In this document: piece after piece, positions 48,735 to 58,317 of the stretch | Layout: each line of letters opens with the position of its first letter | Numbering within the stretch: the first letter of the stretch is position 1 | NCBI GenBank assembly: GCA_963716255.1 | Contig: OY970303.1 | Coordinates: forward strand, 7,520,001 to 7,584,000 | Direction of reading: 5' to 3' | DNA: 64,000 nucleotides | Origin: an uncultured Gemmatimonadales bacterium | GTDB lineage: Bacteria; Gemmatimonadota; Gemmatimonadetes; Longimicrobiales; Longimicrobiaceae | Made by a program: the position numbers and the translations under genes | Notes under the pieces: model-generated | What the model saw: the letters and a program-made list of their open reading frames with translations, nothing else | Told to the model about the DNA's origin: nothing | Database searches by the model: none

Positions 48735-48923
48735 CGCCCCTCCCCGGCCGCGCTGGCGCGCGCCGGGAAGCCCGAGGCGTCGGACGGATCCGCCCCGCGG
48801 AGCCCGCAGGCCCGTGCGCTCCTCCCCCGGGAGGGTCGGCGCGCGTCCGGGGTGTCCGGCGGGCGCGGCGTAGTCTCGCGCCGGGACACCGTGTCCCGGC
48901 CGGACCGCACATCCCGGGAGACC

Positions 48924-50177
48924 ATGCGAATCATCGTTTTCATCATCGCGCTCGCGCTCGCCCCGGCGGGCGCGGCATCCGCGCAGCAGGCCCCCGCGCC
49001 CGCGCGCCCCGACTCCGTCGTGCGGGCCGACAGCATCGCGCGCGCCGACTCCATCGCCCTGGTGCGCGAGCTGGAGGGCGCGGCGGGGGAGACCGCGGAC
49101 ACCCTGCCGCAGCAGGGCGGCGGTCCCACCAACCCCCGCCTCCTCCCCGACATCAGCGCCGTCGTGGACCTCTCCGCCGACCTGTCGCCCGAAGGGAGCA
49201 CGCAGGAGGGGGGGCAGCGCTTCGGCGTGCGGGAGGTGGAGGTCGCCATCCAGGCGGTCGTGGACCCGTACTTCCGCGGCGACGTCTTCCTGGGGCTCTC
49301 GGACGAAGAGGGAGCCGTCATCGAGCAGGCGTACCTGACCACCACCTCGCTCCCGTACGGGCTGGAGGCGCGGCTGGGCCGCTTCCTCATGCCCGTGGGG
49401 AAGCAGAACACCACCCACCGCCACGACCTGCACACCCTGGAATACCCGTGGGTGATCCAGCGCTTCTTCGGCCCGGAGGGGCTGAAGGGGACCGGGATCC
49501 AGGCGAGCAAGGTGTTCGCGCCGCTGGGCTTCTACCAGGAGGTGCAGGCCGCCGTGGTGGACCGCCTGGGCGAGGCGGAGGAGCTGGTCGCGGACGCGCC
49601 GGCGAACCGCCGCCTGGGCGGGCTGGGGTACTCGGCGCGGCTGCGCAACTACTTCGACCTGTCGGAAAGCACCAACCTGGAGATCTCCGGGACCGCCCTC
49701 ACCGGGCGCCGCGAGCAGCCGCTGGACGTGGCCGGTGACGCGGAAGTGAACGCCGCCCTGGCGCGCCAGACCACGCTGGGCGTGGACGTGACGTACCGCT
49801 GGCGGCCGCTTCAGCAGGGGCTCTACCGCTCGCTCCTGGTCCAGGCGGAGGTGATGCGCCAGCTCAACGAGGAGGTGGACGCGCCAGGCTACCTGGGGCC
49901 GGACCGCGACTACACCGGGGGCTATGCCTTCGGGAGGTACCAGGTGGGGCGGCGCAGCTTCGTGGGCGCGCGCTACGACCGGGTGCAGGGGTCCGACCGC
50001 GAAGGGCTGGAGCCGACGCTGAGCGCGGCCTCCGGATACCTGGAGTTCTATCCCAGCGAGTTCAGCAAGCTCATGGCCGGGTTCGAGCGGCTGATGCCGG
50101 ACGGCCAGGAGGGCGTGAGCCGCTTCCTGCTGCAGGCCGTGTTCTCCCTCGGGCCTCACAAGCCGCACCCGTTCTGA
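48924..50177 (+). CDS. Putative outer-membrane beta-barrel/porin associated with metal ABC transporter
   Basis: Signal peptide; EVEVAIQAVVDPYFRG, IEQAY, NTTHRHD, PSEFSK, C-terminal GPHKPHPF. Confidence 0.8.
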   Translation: MRIIVFIIALALAPAGAASAQQAPAPARPDSVVRADSIARADSIALVRELEGAAGETADTLPQQGGGPTNPRLLPDISAVVDLSADLSPEGSTQEGGQRFGVREVEVAIQAVVDPYFRGDVFLGLSDEEGAVIEQAYLTTTSLPYGLEARLGRFLMPVGKQNTTHRHDLHTLEYPWVIQRFFGPEGLKGTGIQASKVFAPLGFYQEVQAAVVDRLGEAEELVADAPANRRLGGLGYSARLRNYFDLSESTNLEISGTALTGRREQPLDVAGDAEVNAALARQTTLGVDVTYRWRPLQQGLYRSLLVQAEVMRQLNEEVDAPGYLGPDRDYTGGYAFGRYQVGRRSFVGARYDRVQGSDREGLEPTLSAASGYLEFYPSEFSKLMAGFERLMPDGQEGVSRFLLQAVFSLGPHKPHPF

Positions 50178-50222
50178 GCCGGACCGGCCATGCGAGGCAA
50201 CTTTTCAGGAGACAAGGGATCG

Positions 50223-51140
50223 ATGAACAAGACTCGCTCGCTCCTCGCCGCCGCCGCCTTCGCGCTCTTCGCGGGGGCCCTGCCGGCGCAGGGACAGCTC
50301 AAGGTGGTGACCAGCACCACCGACCTGGACGACATCGCGAAGGCGGTGGGCGGCAGCCGCGTCACCTCCGTCCACATCAGCGAGGGGTACCAGGACCCGC
50401 ACTTCGTGGAGGCGAAGCCAAGCTTCATCCTGCGCCTGCGCAGTGCAGACGTCTTCGCCTTCGTGGGACTCGACCTGGAGGTCGGGTGGATGTCGCTCCT
50501 GGTGCAGGGGGCCCGCAACCCCAGGATCCGCCCGGGCGGATCCGGCTACCTGGACGTGTCGCGCGCCATCCGGGTGCTGGACGTGGCGCGCGGCGACGTG
50601 GACCGCAGCGGGGGCGACGTGCACCCGCAGGGGAACCCGCATTACTGGCTGGACCCGGAGAACGGGCGGCGCATCGCACGGCTCTTCCGCGACCGCTTCA
50701 CGCAGCTCGACCCGGCGGGCGCCTCCGTCTACGCGGCGAACGCCGCCGCCTTCGAGGCGCGCCTGAACACCGCCGAGCGCGCCTGGGGGCCGCAGCTGGC
50801 CCAGATCAGGGGCAAGCCGGTGGTGGCGTGGCACACAAGCTGGCGCTACTTCGCCCAGTACACGGGCGTGAACATCGTAGCCTTCCTGGAGCCCAAGCCG
50901 GGCGTGCCGCCCTCGCCGTCGCACCTGGCGAGCGTGATCATGACCATGAAGCGGACCGGGGCGAAGACCATCATCATGGAGCCCTTCTACGACAAGCGCG
51001 TGGCCGACCGCGTGGCGGCCGCCGTTCCCGGGGCGAAGGTGCTCGTCCTCCCGCCCTCGGTGGGCGGGGTGCGGGGGGTGGCCGACTACGTGTCGCTGAT
51101 GCGCTACGACGTGCAGCAGCTCGCGGCCGCCGTCCGATGA
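50223..51140 (+). CDS. Metal (Zn/Mn-type) ABC transporter substrate-binding protein, ZnuA-like
   Basis: QDPHFVEAKPS, GDVHPQGNPHYWLDP, WHTSW.YF, EPKPGVPPS. Confidence 0.92.
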   Translation: MNKTRSLLAAAAFALFAGALPAQGQLKVVTSTTDLDDIAKAVGGSRVTSVHISEGYQDPHFVEAKPSFILRLRSADVFAFVGLDLEVGWMSLLVQGARNPRIRPGGSGYLDVSRAIRVLDVARGDVDRSGGDVHPQGNPHYWLDPENGRRIARLFRDRFTQLDPAGASVYAANAAAFEARLNTAERAWGPQLAQIRGKPVVAWHTSWRYFAQYTGVNIVAFLEPKPGVPPSPSHLASVIMTMKRTGAKTIIMEPFYDKRVADRVAAAVPGAKVLVLPPSVGGVRGVADYVSLMRYDVQQLAAAVR

Positions 51141-51910
51141 GCCTGGTCACCTTCAGCGGAGTGACGCTCGGGTACGGCCGCCGCGCCGTGCTCAGCGGCC
51201 TGAGCTTCGGGATCGAGGAGGGCGACTTCCTGGGCCTGGTGGGTCCCAACGGGGCGGGGAAGACCACCGTCCTGCGGGCCCTGCTCGGGACGCTGAAGCC
51301 CATGGCGGGCACGGTGGCCCGCTCGGGGTCGCTCCGCTTCGGCTACGTGCCGCAGCGCGACCAGGTGGATTACAACTTTCCCCTCAAGGTGCTGGACGTG
51401 GTGCTGATGGGGCGCTTCGACCGGATCGGGCTGGGGCGGCGCCCCTCGGCGCACGACCGCCGGCGGGCCATGGCGGCGCTGGAGCACGTGGGGATCCCGG
51501 AGCTGGCGGAACGCCAGCTCACCGCCCTTTCCGGGGGGCAGAAGCAGCGGACGCTGATCGCCCGCGCGCTGGTGGGGGAGCCCAACGTGCTGGTTCTGGA
51601 CGAGCCCACCAACGGGATGGACCTGGTCTCCACCACCCAGATCCTGGGGCTGGTGCGCGAGCTCCACGAGCGGGACGGGCTCACCGTGCTGATGGTGAGC
51701 CACGCCCTCAACGAGGTGGCCAACTACGTGGAGCGCATCGCGCTGGTGGTCAACGGCGGGTTCCGCATCGGCAGCGTGGACGAGATCATGAGCGAGGAAA
51801 CGCTGAGCGCCATGTACGGGATCCCGGTGGACGTGGACTCGTTCAACGGGCACCGCATCGTGGTGGCGCGGCGCGAGGCGCCGGGGAGCCCGGGAGGCGC
51901 CCGTGCTTGA
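51137..51910 (+). CDS. Metal ABC transporter ATPase, ZnuC-like
   Basis: GPNGAGKTT, GYVPQR, LSGGQKQR, LDEPT, VSH. Confidence 0.93.
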   Translation: MSLVTFSGVTLGYGRRAVLSGLSFGIEEGDFLGLVGPNGAGKTTVLRALLGTLKPMAGTVARSGSLRFGYVPQRDQVDYNFPLKVLDVVLMGRFDRIGLGRRPSAHDRRRAMAALEHVGIPELAERQLTALSGGQKQRTLIARALVGEPNVLVLDEPTNGMDLVSTTQILGLVRELHERDGLTVLMVSHALNEVANYVERIALVVNGGFRIGSVDEIMSEETLSAMYGIPVDVDSFNGHRIVVARREAPGSPGGARA

Positions 51911-52727
51911 GACCATCCTCACCTTCCGGGACTCGCTCTACGGCGCGCTGGTGATCGCGCTGGCCTGCTCGGTGCTCGGGGTGTACGTGGTGCTGCGGCG
52001 CATCGTCTTCGTGGGCGCGGCGCTGGCGGAGCTTTCCTCGGCGGGGATCGCGCTGGGATTCTGGCTGGCGGGGAACGGGATCGCGGCGGGGCTGAGCACG
52101 CACCCCATCGCCCTGTCGCTGGTGGTGACCGTGGCGGGGGCGCTCTTCTTCGCGGTGGGGGGCGGCCGCCCGCGCATTCCCCACGACGCCACCATCGGGG
52201 TGACGTACGCGGTGGCGGCGGCGGCGGGGATCATCCTGGTCGCAAAAGCGGCCACGGGCGAGGCGCACGACATCTTCCTCCAGGGCAACATCCTGGGGAT
52301 CACCCGCGCGGACACGTGGGTGCTGGTGGGGGTGACGGTGCCCGTTCTCCTCGTGCACCTGGTGTTCTACAAGGAGCTCCTTTTCGTGTCCTTCGACCGG
52401 GAGACGGCGCGCACCCTGGGCTACCGGGTGGACGCGTGGAACGTCCTCCTTTACCTTACCCTGGGCGTGGTGATCGCCTTCGCGATGCAGTTCGCGGGGG
52501 TGATGCTGGTCTTCGACTTCCTGGTGCTCCCGGCGGTCACGGGGCTGCTCGTGGCGCGCAGCATGGCCGGGACGTTCGCGGTCGCCGTCGCCTCGGGGCT
52601 CGCGGCGGCGCTGATCGGCTTCTCGCTGTCGGTGCCGTACGACCTGCCCTCGGGTCCCACCATCATCGTGGTCTCCGGCGCGCTGGCGCTGGCGGCCTGG
52701 CTCGTCCGCCTGGCGCAGCGGCGCTGA
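51903..52727 (+). CDS. Metal ABC transporter permease, ZnuB-like
   Basis: LGVYVVLRRIVF, SFDRETA, DLPSGPTI. Confidence 0.92.
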   Translation: MLETILTFRDSLYGALVIALACSVLGVYVVLRRIVFVGAALAELSSAGIALGFWLAGNGIAAGLSTHPIALSLVVTVAGALFFAVGGGRPRIPHDATIGVTYAVAAAAGIILVAKAATGEAHDIFLQGNILGITRADTWVLVGVTVPVLLVHLVFYKELLFVSFDRETARTLGYRVDAWNVLLYLTLGVVIAFAMQFAGVMLVFDFLVLPAVTGLLVARSMAGTFAVAVASGLAAALIGFSLSVPYDLPSGPTIIVVSGALALAAWLVRLAQRR

Positions 52728-52747
52728 GCGGACGCTCAAGGAGGAGC

Positions 52748-53188
52748 ATGCTTTCGAGAACGAAGCGCGTGAGACGGGTGTCGGTCCTGCTGGGGGCCTT
52801 CGCGCTCCTCGCCGCAGGGGCGTGCAGCGACGCCGGCTCGGGGATCGACGACCAGATCCCCACCGGGCTGGTGGTGAGGGACTCCGGCGGCAACACCGTG
52901 GCCACCGTCAGCGGGGCCCAGGTCAGCGGGAGCATCACGGTCCCGAACGGCCAGCAGCGGACGTTCGACGTGCAGTTGATCGGGATCGGCGGCGCGGAGA
53001 TCGACCTGGGCGGACGCTACGTCCTCCAGCCGCGCGTCGTGAGCACGCTGCTCGCCGGCGCCTCGGCCAGCGGCTCCGACCGGGTGGTGGTGACCGGCAA
53101 GACCGCCGGGACCACCACGCTGATCCTGGACGTGATGGACGGGGGCACGGCCGTGCTCACTCCCCTGATCTCGCTGACGATCTCGTAG
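52748..53188 (+). CDS. Putative lipoprotein (beta-rich)
   Basis: GAGGAG RBS; signal peptide with LAAGAC lipobox. Confidence 0.7.
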   Translation: MLSRTKRVRRVSVLLGAFALLAAGACSDAGSGIDDQIPTGLVVRDSGGNTVATVSGAQVSGSITVPNGQQRTFDVQLIGIGGAEIDLGGRYVLQPRVVSTLLAGASASGSDRVVVTGKTAGTTTLILDVMDGGTAVLTPLISLTIS

Positions 53189-53213
53189 CCGGATCCGTGG
53201 TCGGCCGGATGCA

Positions 53214-53251
53214 GAAGCCCCCGGACACGCCGCGCGGTCCGGGGGCTTTGT
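53214..53251. terminator. Intrinsic terminator after the ABC operon
   Basis: AAGCCCCCGGAC...GTCCGGGGGCTTTGT. Confidence 0.7.
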
Positions 53252-53545
53252 GCGTTCTGGCAGCCTTCGGTCTCGGAGCGCTCCGGCGGGCTCCGGGTAT
53301 GGGGTCGGCCGGGGGAGTCTCCTCCGGCGGTGCGAAACTCGCCCGCCGCTGGAGCGAGGGAGAGATCACGCTGGCTTCGAACAAACGCACCGCATGCGGA
53401 CCCTCCCCCGACCTCCCGACGAAGATCCCAGGAACGGCAACGACCTCCGGGAAGCCCTCCCCCAGAATTGGGGGATATAGGGGGAAAGCCGTGCGAGCCT
53501 AAGCGAGCCGGGTGGGGGGCCCCAGCGGACGCCAGCGCGAGCCCC

Positions 53546-53674
53546 GCGTGAGGGATTTCGGCCCGAAGGGGCGAGACCCCGCGGGCAGTTTCGCGGGGGC
53601 TCGACTCCGTTGCAGACGGTAGTTTCGTCTGCTACGGAGCCGAAGCCCGACCCGGCGCCAGCCGGGGCACGCCC
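53546..53674 (+). repeat. ~130-nt structured repeat, copy 11
   Basis: Full consensus match. Confidence 0.95.
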
Positions 53675-53697
53675 GAACCCAGCCGTCAACAAGCCGT

Positions 53698-54102
53698 TCA
53701 GTCGCCGTGGTGATGCGCCGGACACCCGCAGCTCCGGCACGAAGCCTCGTGGCGGAGGCGCGCGTTCCAGGCCATGCCGCCGGCCAGCAGCACCCCGCCG
53801 AGCACACCGGCGACCTGCTCGGGGAGCCGCCCGCCCAGGTGCGCGATGCCGGCGCCCCAGACCATCGTGCCCAGCAGGACCGGGACCCACGCGGCGCGGC
53901 GGCCGTGCGCGCGCACCCCGCCGAGGGTGAGGACGGCCGCCAGGAGGGCGGAGGCCCCCATGAAAACCACCTCCAGCCCGTGCGCCGGGGCGAGCAGGGG
54001 GACGAAGAGCGCCACCAGCGGCATCAGCAGGCAGTGGACGGCGCACGCCAGCGGCAGCGCGGCGGTCCAGAGCGCCGGCCGGCGCAGGGAGGAATCGTTC
54101 AT
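53698..54102 (-). CDS. MerC-domain membrane protein
   Basis: LACAVHCLLMP motif, four TM segments, C-terminal CRSCGCPAHHH. Confidence 0.85.
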   Translation of the reverse strand: MNDSSLRRPALWTAALPLACAVHCLLMPLVALFVPLLAPAHGLEVVFMGASALLAAVLTLGGVRAHGRRAAWVPVLLGTMVWGAGIAHLGGRLPEQVAGVLGGVLLAGGMAWNARLRHEASCRSCGCPAHHHGD

Positions 54103-54183
54103 GGAGCCAGGTCGTTCCGGGTACGTGCGGCGGACCCCGCGGCCCGCTCGATCGCACGGAAGCTAACCGGGCTCCCTTCCATA

Positions 54184-54198
54184 TGCAAGTGAATTGCA
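54184..54198. promoter_or_regulatory. Palindrome TGCAA-N5-TTGCA, putative Fur/Zur-family operator
   Basis: Inverted repeat in an AT-rich patch upstream of the merC-like gene, next to the Fur-family gene. Confidence 0.6.
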
Positions 54199-54205
54199 AC
54201 AAGCC

Positions 54206-54649
54206 CTACGACACCGCCTCGCCGCGGGCGCCGGAGCACTCCGCGCAGCGGCCGTGGAAGACCAGCTGGTGGTGGTCCACCCGGAAGCCGTGCTCGCGCT
54301 CGATGCGATCGGCGATGGTGCGGTCCAGCCCGCACACCGACACCGTGCGCACGGCCCCGCAGCCGTCGCACACCAGGTGGTGCGTGTGGCGCTCGGCGGG
54401 GACCAGCTCCACCCGCTCCATCCCCTCGCCGGTGAGCACCGGGCGCGCCAGCCCGATCTGCTTCAGCCAGTCGAGCGTGCGGTACACCGTCACCAGGTCG
54501 ATGCGGTCCGTCCCCACCGCCTCGTGCAGCGCGCGGGCGCTGAGCGGCTCCGCCGCCCCGGCGAGCGCCTCGATCGCCAGCCGCCGGGGCCGGGTGAGCC
54601 GGTGGCCGCGCTGGGCCGCCGCGCGCAGGACCTGTGCTGCGTCTGCCAT
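54206..54649 (-). CDS. Fur-family transcriptional regulator (Zur-like)
   Basis: RLTRPR, TVYRTL, HTHHLVCDGCG, GRCAEC. Confidence 0.93.
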   Translation of the reverse strand: MADAAQVLRAAAQRGHRLTRPRRLAIEALAGAAEPLSARALHEAVGTDRIDLVTVYRTLDWLKQIGLARPVLTGEGMERVELVPAERHTHHLVCDGCGAVRTVSVCGLDRTIADRIEREHGFRVDHHQLVFHGRCAECSGARGEAVS

Positions 54650-54772
54650 CGCCGTGGTGCTCGGGTGGGAGGGAGCCCTGCCGTGTGCGGTTGATACGCC
54701 GCTCCCCGCGGAGCGGTCCCCGGCGCGTGTTTTCCGGGTCCGCGAGGGGCCCCCGCGAGGGGCCGGAAATCC

Positions 54773-54801
54773 TTGACCCTCCCCGGGAGCCGGGTTATAC
54801 T
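54773..54801 (+). promoter_or_regulatory. Near-consensus sigma70 promoter
   Basis: TTGACC-N17-TATACT. Confidence 0.8.
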
Positions 54802-54808
54802 TACCCCC

Positions 54809-54969
54809 GTCAGACGCGCCGGGAAGCTACATTTTTGAGCCAACGCTTTTGAAGCCGGGGCCGACTCCAGCGGCCGACGCCACGCCCCTCGCGGGAAGGC
54901 GGAAGGTCGCGGGGACGCTTCCACTCTGTTCACAACAGGCTTCAAAAATCCTTCCCGGCGCGCCCCGAC
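54809..54969 (+). ncRNA. ssrS: Probable 6S RNA
   Basis: Closing stem CGCGCCGGGAAG/CTTCCCGGCGCG and TTTTTGAGCC/GGCTTCAAAAA, central bubble, apical stem; TGAGCC and GGCTTCAA resemble 6S conserved segments; own promoter and terminator. Confidence 0.75.
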
Positions 54970-54970
54970 A

Positions 54971-55011
54971 CGGGCTGGTCTCGCGAGCGAGGCTGGCCCG
55001 TCGTTCTTTTG
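54971..55011 (+). terminator. Intrinsic terminator after the putative 6S RNA
   Basis: CGGGCTGGTCTCG/CGAGGCTGGCCCG stem (with G-U pairs) followed by TCGTTCTTTT. Confidence 0.65.
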
Positions 55012-55034
55012 GGCGAGCACTCCAGGGAGGATCC

Positions 55035-55445
55035 GTGCCCAGCGTCCGCGTCACGCGCCGCGTCCACTTCAGCGCCGCGCACCGGCTTCACAACGCCGCG
55101 CTCTCCGACGAGGAGAACCGGCGCATCTTCGGGCTGTGCAACAGCCCCAACTGGCACGGGCACAACTACGAGCTGGACGTGACCGTCCAGGGCGAGCCCG
55201 ACCCGACGACCGGCTACGTGGTGGACCTGGGGATCCTGCGGGACCGCGCCGAGGAGGTGGTCGGCGACCTGGACCACCGCAACCTCAACCTGGACGTGCC
55301 CTGGCTGGAGGGAATCCTCCCCTCCACCGAGAACCTGGTGGTGGCGATCTGGAACCGGCTGGCTCCCCGGGTGCCCTCCGGGCGCCTGGTGCGCCTGGTG
55401 CTGTGGGAGACGCCGCGAAACTACGTAGAGTACACGGGGGAGTAG
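55035..55445 (+). CDS. 6-pyruvoyl-tetrahydropterin synthase family (PTPS-II-like)
   Basis: FSAAHRLH, CNSPNWHGHNY, LDHRNLN, STENL, LWETPRN. Confidence 0.88.
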   Translation: MPSVRVTRRVHFSAAHRLHNAALSDEENRRIFGLCNSPNWHGHNYELDVTVQGEPDPTTGYVVDLGILRDRAEEVVGDLDHRNLNLDVPWLEGILPSTENLVVAIWNRLAPRVPSGRLVRLVLWETPRNYVEYTGE

Positions 55446-55451
55446 ATACCG

Positions 55452-56057
<606 letters not shown>

Positions 56058-56083
56058 CCGTGCCAACCAGTGACGGGGAAACG

Positions 56084-56800
56084 ATGGACGGGGAGCTGAA
56101 GGGGAAGACGGCGCTGGTGACCGGCGCCTCGCGGGGGATCGGGCTCGCCGTGGCGCGGGAGCTGGCGCGCGCCGGCGCCTGGGTGGGGATGGTCGCGCGC
56201 AGCGACGGCGAGCTCGCGCGCGCGGCCGAGGAGGTGGGCGGCCACGCCATCCCCGCCGACGTGACCTCGCCCGCGTCGGTGCACGGGCTGGTGGGGTACG
56301 TCACCGAGCTGCTGGGCGACACGCCGGACATCCTGGTGAACTCCGCCGGGGCGTTCGCGCTGGCGCCGCTCGCGGCCACCGACCCGGACACCTTCGACCG
56401 GCAGATCGCCGTCAACCTGCGCGGCCCGTTCCTGCTCATCCGCGCGCTGCTCCCGCTGATGCTGGCCCGGCGCTCGGGCACGGTGGTCAACATCGGCTCC
56501 GTGGCGGGGCGGGTCGCCTTCCCCGAGAACGGCGCGTACTCCGCCTCCAAGTTCGGGCTGCGCGGGCTGCACGAGGTGCTGGTGGCGGAGACCCGCGGCA
56601 CCGGCGTCCGCGCCACCCTGGTGGAGCCCGGCGCCACCGACACCGCCCTGTGGGACCCCGTGGATCCCGACGCGCGGACCGACCTCCCCTCCCGGTCGCA
56701 GATGCTGGCGCCAGGAGACGTGGCGCGCGCGGTGCTGTTCGCCGCGACGCAGCCCGCCGGGGTGGAGATCCCGGTCATCGCCATGCAGTCCGCGGGGTAG
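56084..56800 (+). CDS. SDR-family oxidoreductase
   Basis: TGASRGIG, NSAG, YSASK. Confidence 0.92.
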   Translation: MDGELKGKTALVTGASRGIGLAVARELARAGAWVGMVARSDGELARAAEEVGGHAIPADVTSPASVHGLVGYVTELLGDTPDILVNSAGAFALAPLAATDPDTFDRQIAVNLRGPFLLIRALLPLMLARRSGTVVNIGSVAGRVAFPENGAYSASKFGLRGLHEVLVAETRGTGVRATLVEPGATDTALWDPVDPDARTDLPSRSQMLAPGDVARAVLFAATQPAGVEIPVIAMQSAG

Positions 56801-56804
56801 CGCC

Positions 56805-57188
56805 GTGTACATCCTCAACGTCCGGGCGCACTACGACTCCGCGCACTTCCTGCGCAGCTACAAGGGCAAGTGCGAGCGGCTGCACGGGCACCGCTACGAG
56901 GTGGAGGCGGGGCTCGCCTTCGAGCAGCTGGGGGAGGGGGGCATGGCCTACGACTTCACCGACGCCAAGCTTCACCTGCGCGCCATCGCCGACTCGCTGG
57001 ACCACGAGAACCTCAACGACCTGCCGCCGTTCGCGGAGATGGAGACCAGCGCCGAGAACCAGGCGCGCTACATCTTCGACGAGCTGCGCCGGCGGATGGG
57101 GGCGGAAGGCGAGCACGTGCTGTACGTGCGGGTCTGGGAGACGCCCAACCAGTGGGCGCAGTATTCCGAGAAGGCGTTGTTCTTCTGA
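56805..57188 (+). CDS. queD: 6-carboxytetrahydropterin synthase
   Basis: SAHFLRSYKGKCERLHGHRY, LDHENLN, SAEN, VWETP. Confidence 0.85.
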   Translation: MYILNVRAHYDSAHFLRSYKGKCERLHGHRYEVEAGLAFEQLGEGGMAYDFTDAKLHLRAIADSLDHENLNDLPPFAEMETSAENQARYIFDELRRRMGAEGEHVLYVRVWETPNQWAQYSEKALFF

Positions 57189-57229
57189 TCGTTTTTTCAG
57201 GAACGGCAACGGATTTGAACTGCCGGGTT

Positions 57230-57362
57230 GGGCGTGCCCCCGGCTGGCGCCGGGGTCGGGCTTCGGCTCCGTAGCAAACGATACTACCGTTTGCAACGGA
57301 GTCGAGCCCCGGCGGAAACAGCCCCGCCGGGTCTCGCCCCTTCGGGCCGGAATCCCTCACGC
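57230..57362 (-). repeat. ~130-nt structured repeat, copy 12
   Basis: Reverse complement of the consensus. Confidence 0.95.
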
Positions 57363-57529
57363 GACGGCAAGGCCCCCTCCCCCCGGCCCCCTCCCCCGCA
57401 AGCGGGAGAGGGGGAGCACGGCACCGGACCCGCATTTTGGCCCCCTCTCCCAGAATTGGGAGAGGGTGGCGAGCCTCAAGCGAGCCAGGTGAGGGCCGTT
57501 GCAGGCTGTTCCCTGTTCCCTCGCAGCCC

Positions 57530-58177
57530 ATGCACATCCTCCTCACCGACATCCTCCGCTGCCCGCGCTGCGGGCCGGAGTTCGGGCTGGTGCTGCTCGC
57601 GGACCGGGTGGAGGAGCGCCGCGTCCGGGAGGGGCGGCTGGGGTGCGCCAACTGCCGCGAGATGTACCCGGTGGCCGGCGGGGAAGTGGACCTGCGCGTT
57701 CCCGGGGCGGCGGCGCTGCCGGAGGGCGGTGCGCCGGCGGGTCCGGACGGGGCCGTGCGGCTGGCGGCGCTGCTGGGGCTCGCCGAGGCGTGGGGCTCGG
57801 TGCTGCTGGTGGGGGCCGGAGCGGAACTTGCGGACGGCGTCGCCGCCCTGGTCCCGGGCGTGGAGGTGGTGCACGCCGTCGGGCGGCCGGGCGGAGGGGA
57901 GGGGGAGGGGCGGCTGAGCCGGGTGGCCACCGGGGCGCCGCTGCCGCTCGCGCCGGGGTCGCTGCGCGGCGTGGCGCTGGGAGCGGAAGCGGCGGGGCTG
58001 GCGGACGAGGGGGTGCGGCTGCTCGCGCCGGGCGGGCGGCTGGTGGTGGAGGGCGCGCCCGCGGGGGCGGCGGAGGGGCTGGAGGCGGCGGGGCTGCGGG
58101 TGCTGCTGGACCAGGAGGGGTGGCTCGTCGCCGAGCGTCCCGGGGGCGCGGCGCGGGCCGCGCGGGAGCGGGCCTGA
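57530..58177 (+). CDS. Trm112-like zinc-ribbon domain plus degenerate methyltransferase-like domain
   Basis: LLTDILRCPRC...EGRLGCANCREMYPV; C-terminal LPLAPGSL..VRLLAPGGRLVV. Confidence 0.7.
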   Translation: MHILLTDILRCPRCGPEFGLVLLADRVEERRVREGRLGCANCREMYPVAGGEVDLRVPGAAALPEGGAPAGPDGAVRLAALLGLAEAWGSVLLVGAGAELADGVAALVPGVEVVHAVGRPGGGEGEGRLSRVATGAPLPLAPGSLRGVALGAEAAGLADEGVRLLAPGGRLVVEGAPAGAAEGLEAAGLRVLLDQEGWLVAERPGGAARAARERA

Positions 58178-58317
58178 GCCGCGCCGTCCGTTCCGTTGCG
58201 TGCCCCCCGCGCCACCGGTAACTTGGTCCGGGGCGTCCCGCCCGGGTGCGCGGCGAGCGCGCCCGTCGGCCGGACGCTCCCCTGAGTCCGCCCATCGAAT
58301 TCCCGTCCATAGAGCCT

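Noticed and set aside
53275..53455. Additional structured segment sharing pieces with 35462-35500 and 37278-37305
   Set aside because: Only short partial matches within this window; boundaries and structure could not be defined.
53698..54102. Mercury resistance operon
   Set aside because: No merA, merR, merT or merP; the context is Fur/Zur metal uptake.
54809..55034. preQ1 or other riboswitch upstream of the PTPS/queD genes
   Set aside because: No preQ1 stem plus A-rich tail is seen; the long rod with central bubble fits 6S RNA better.
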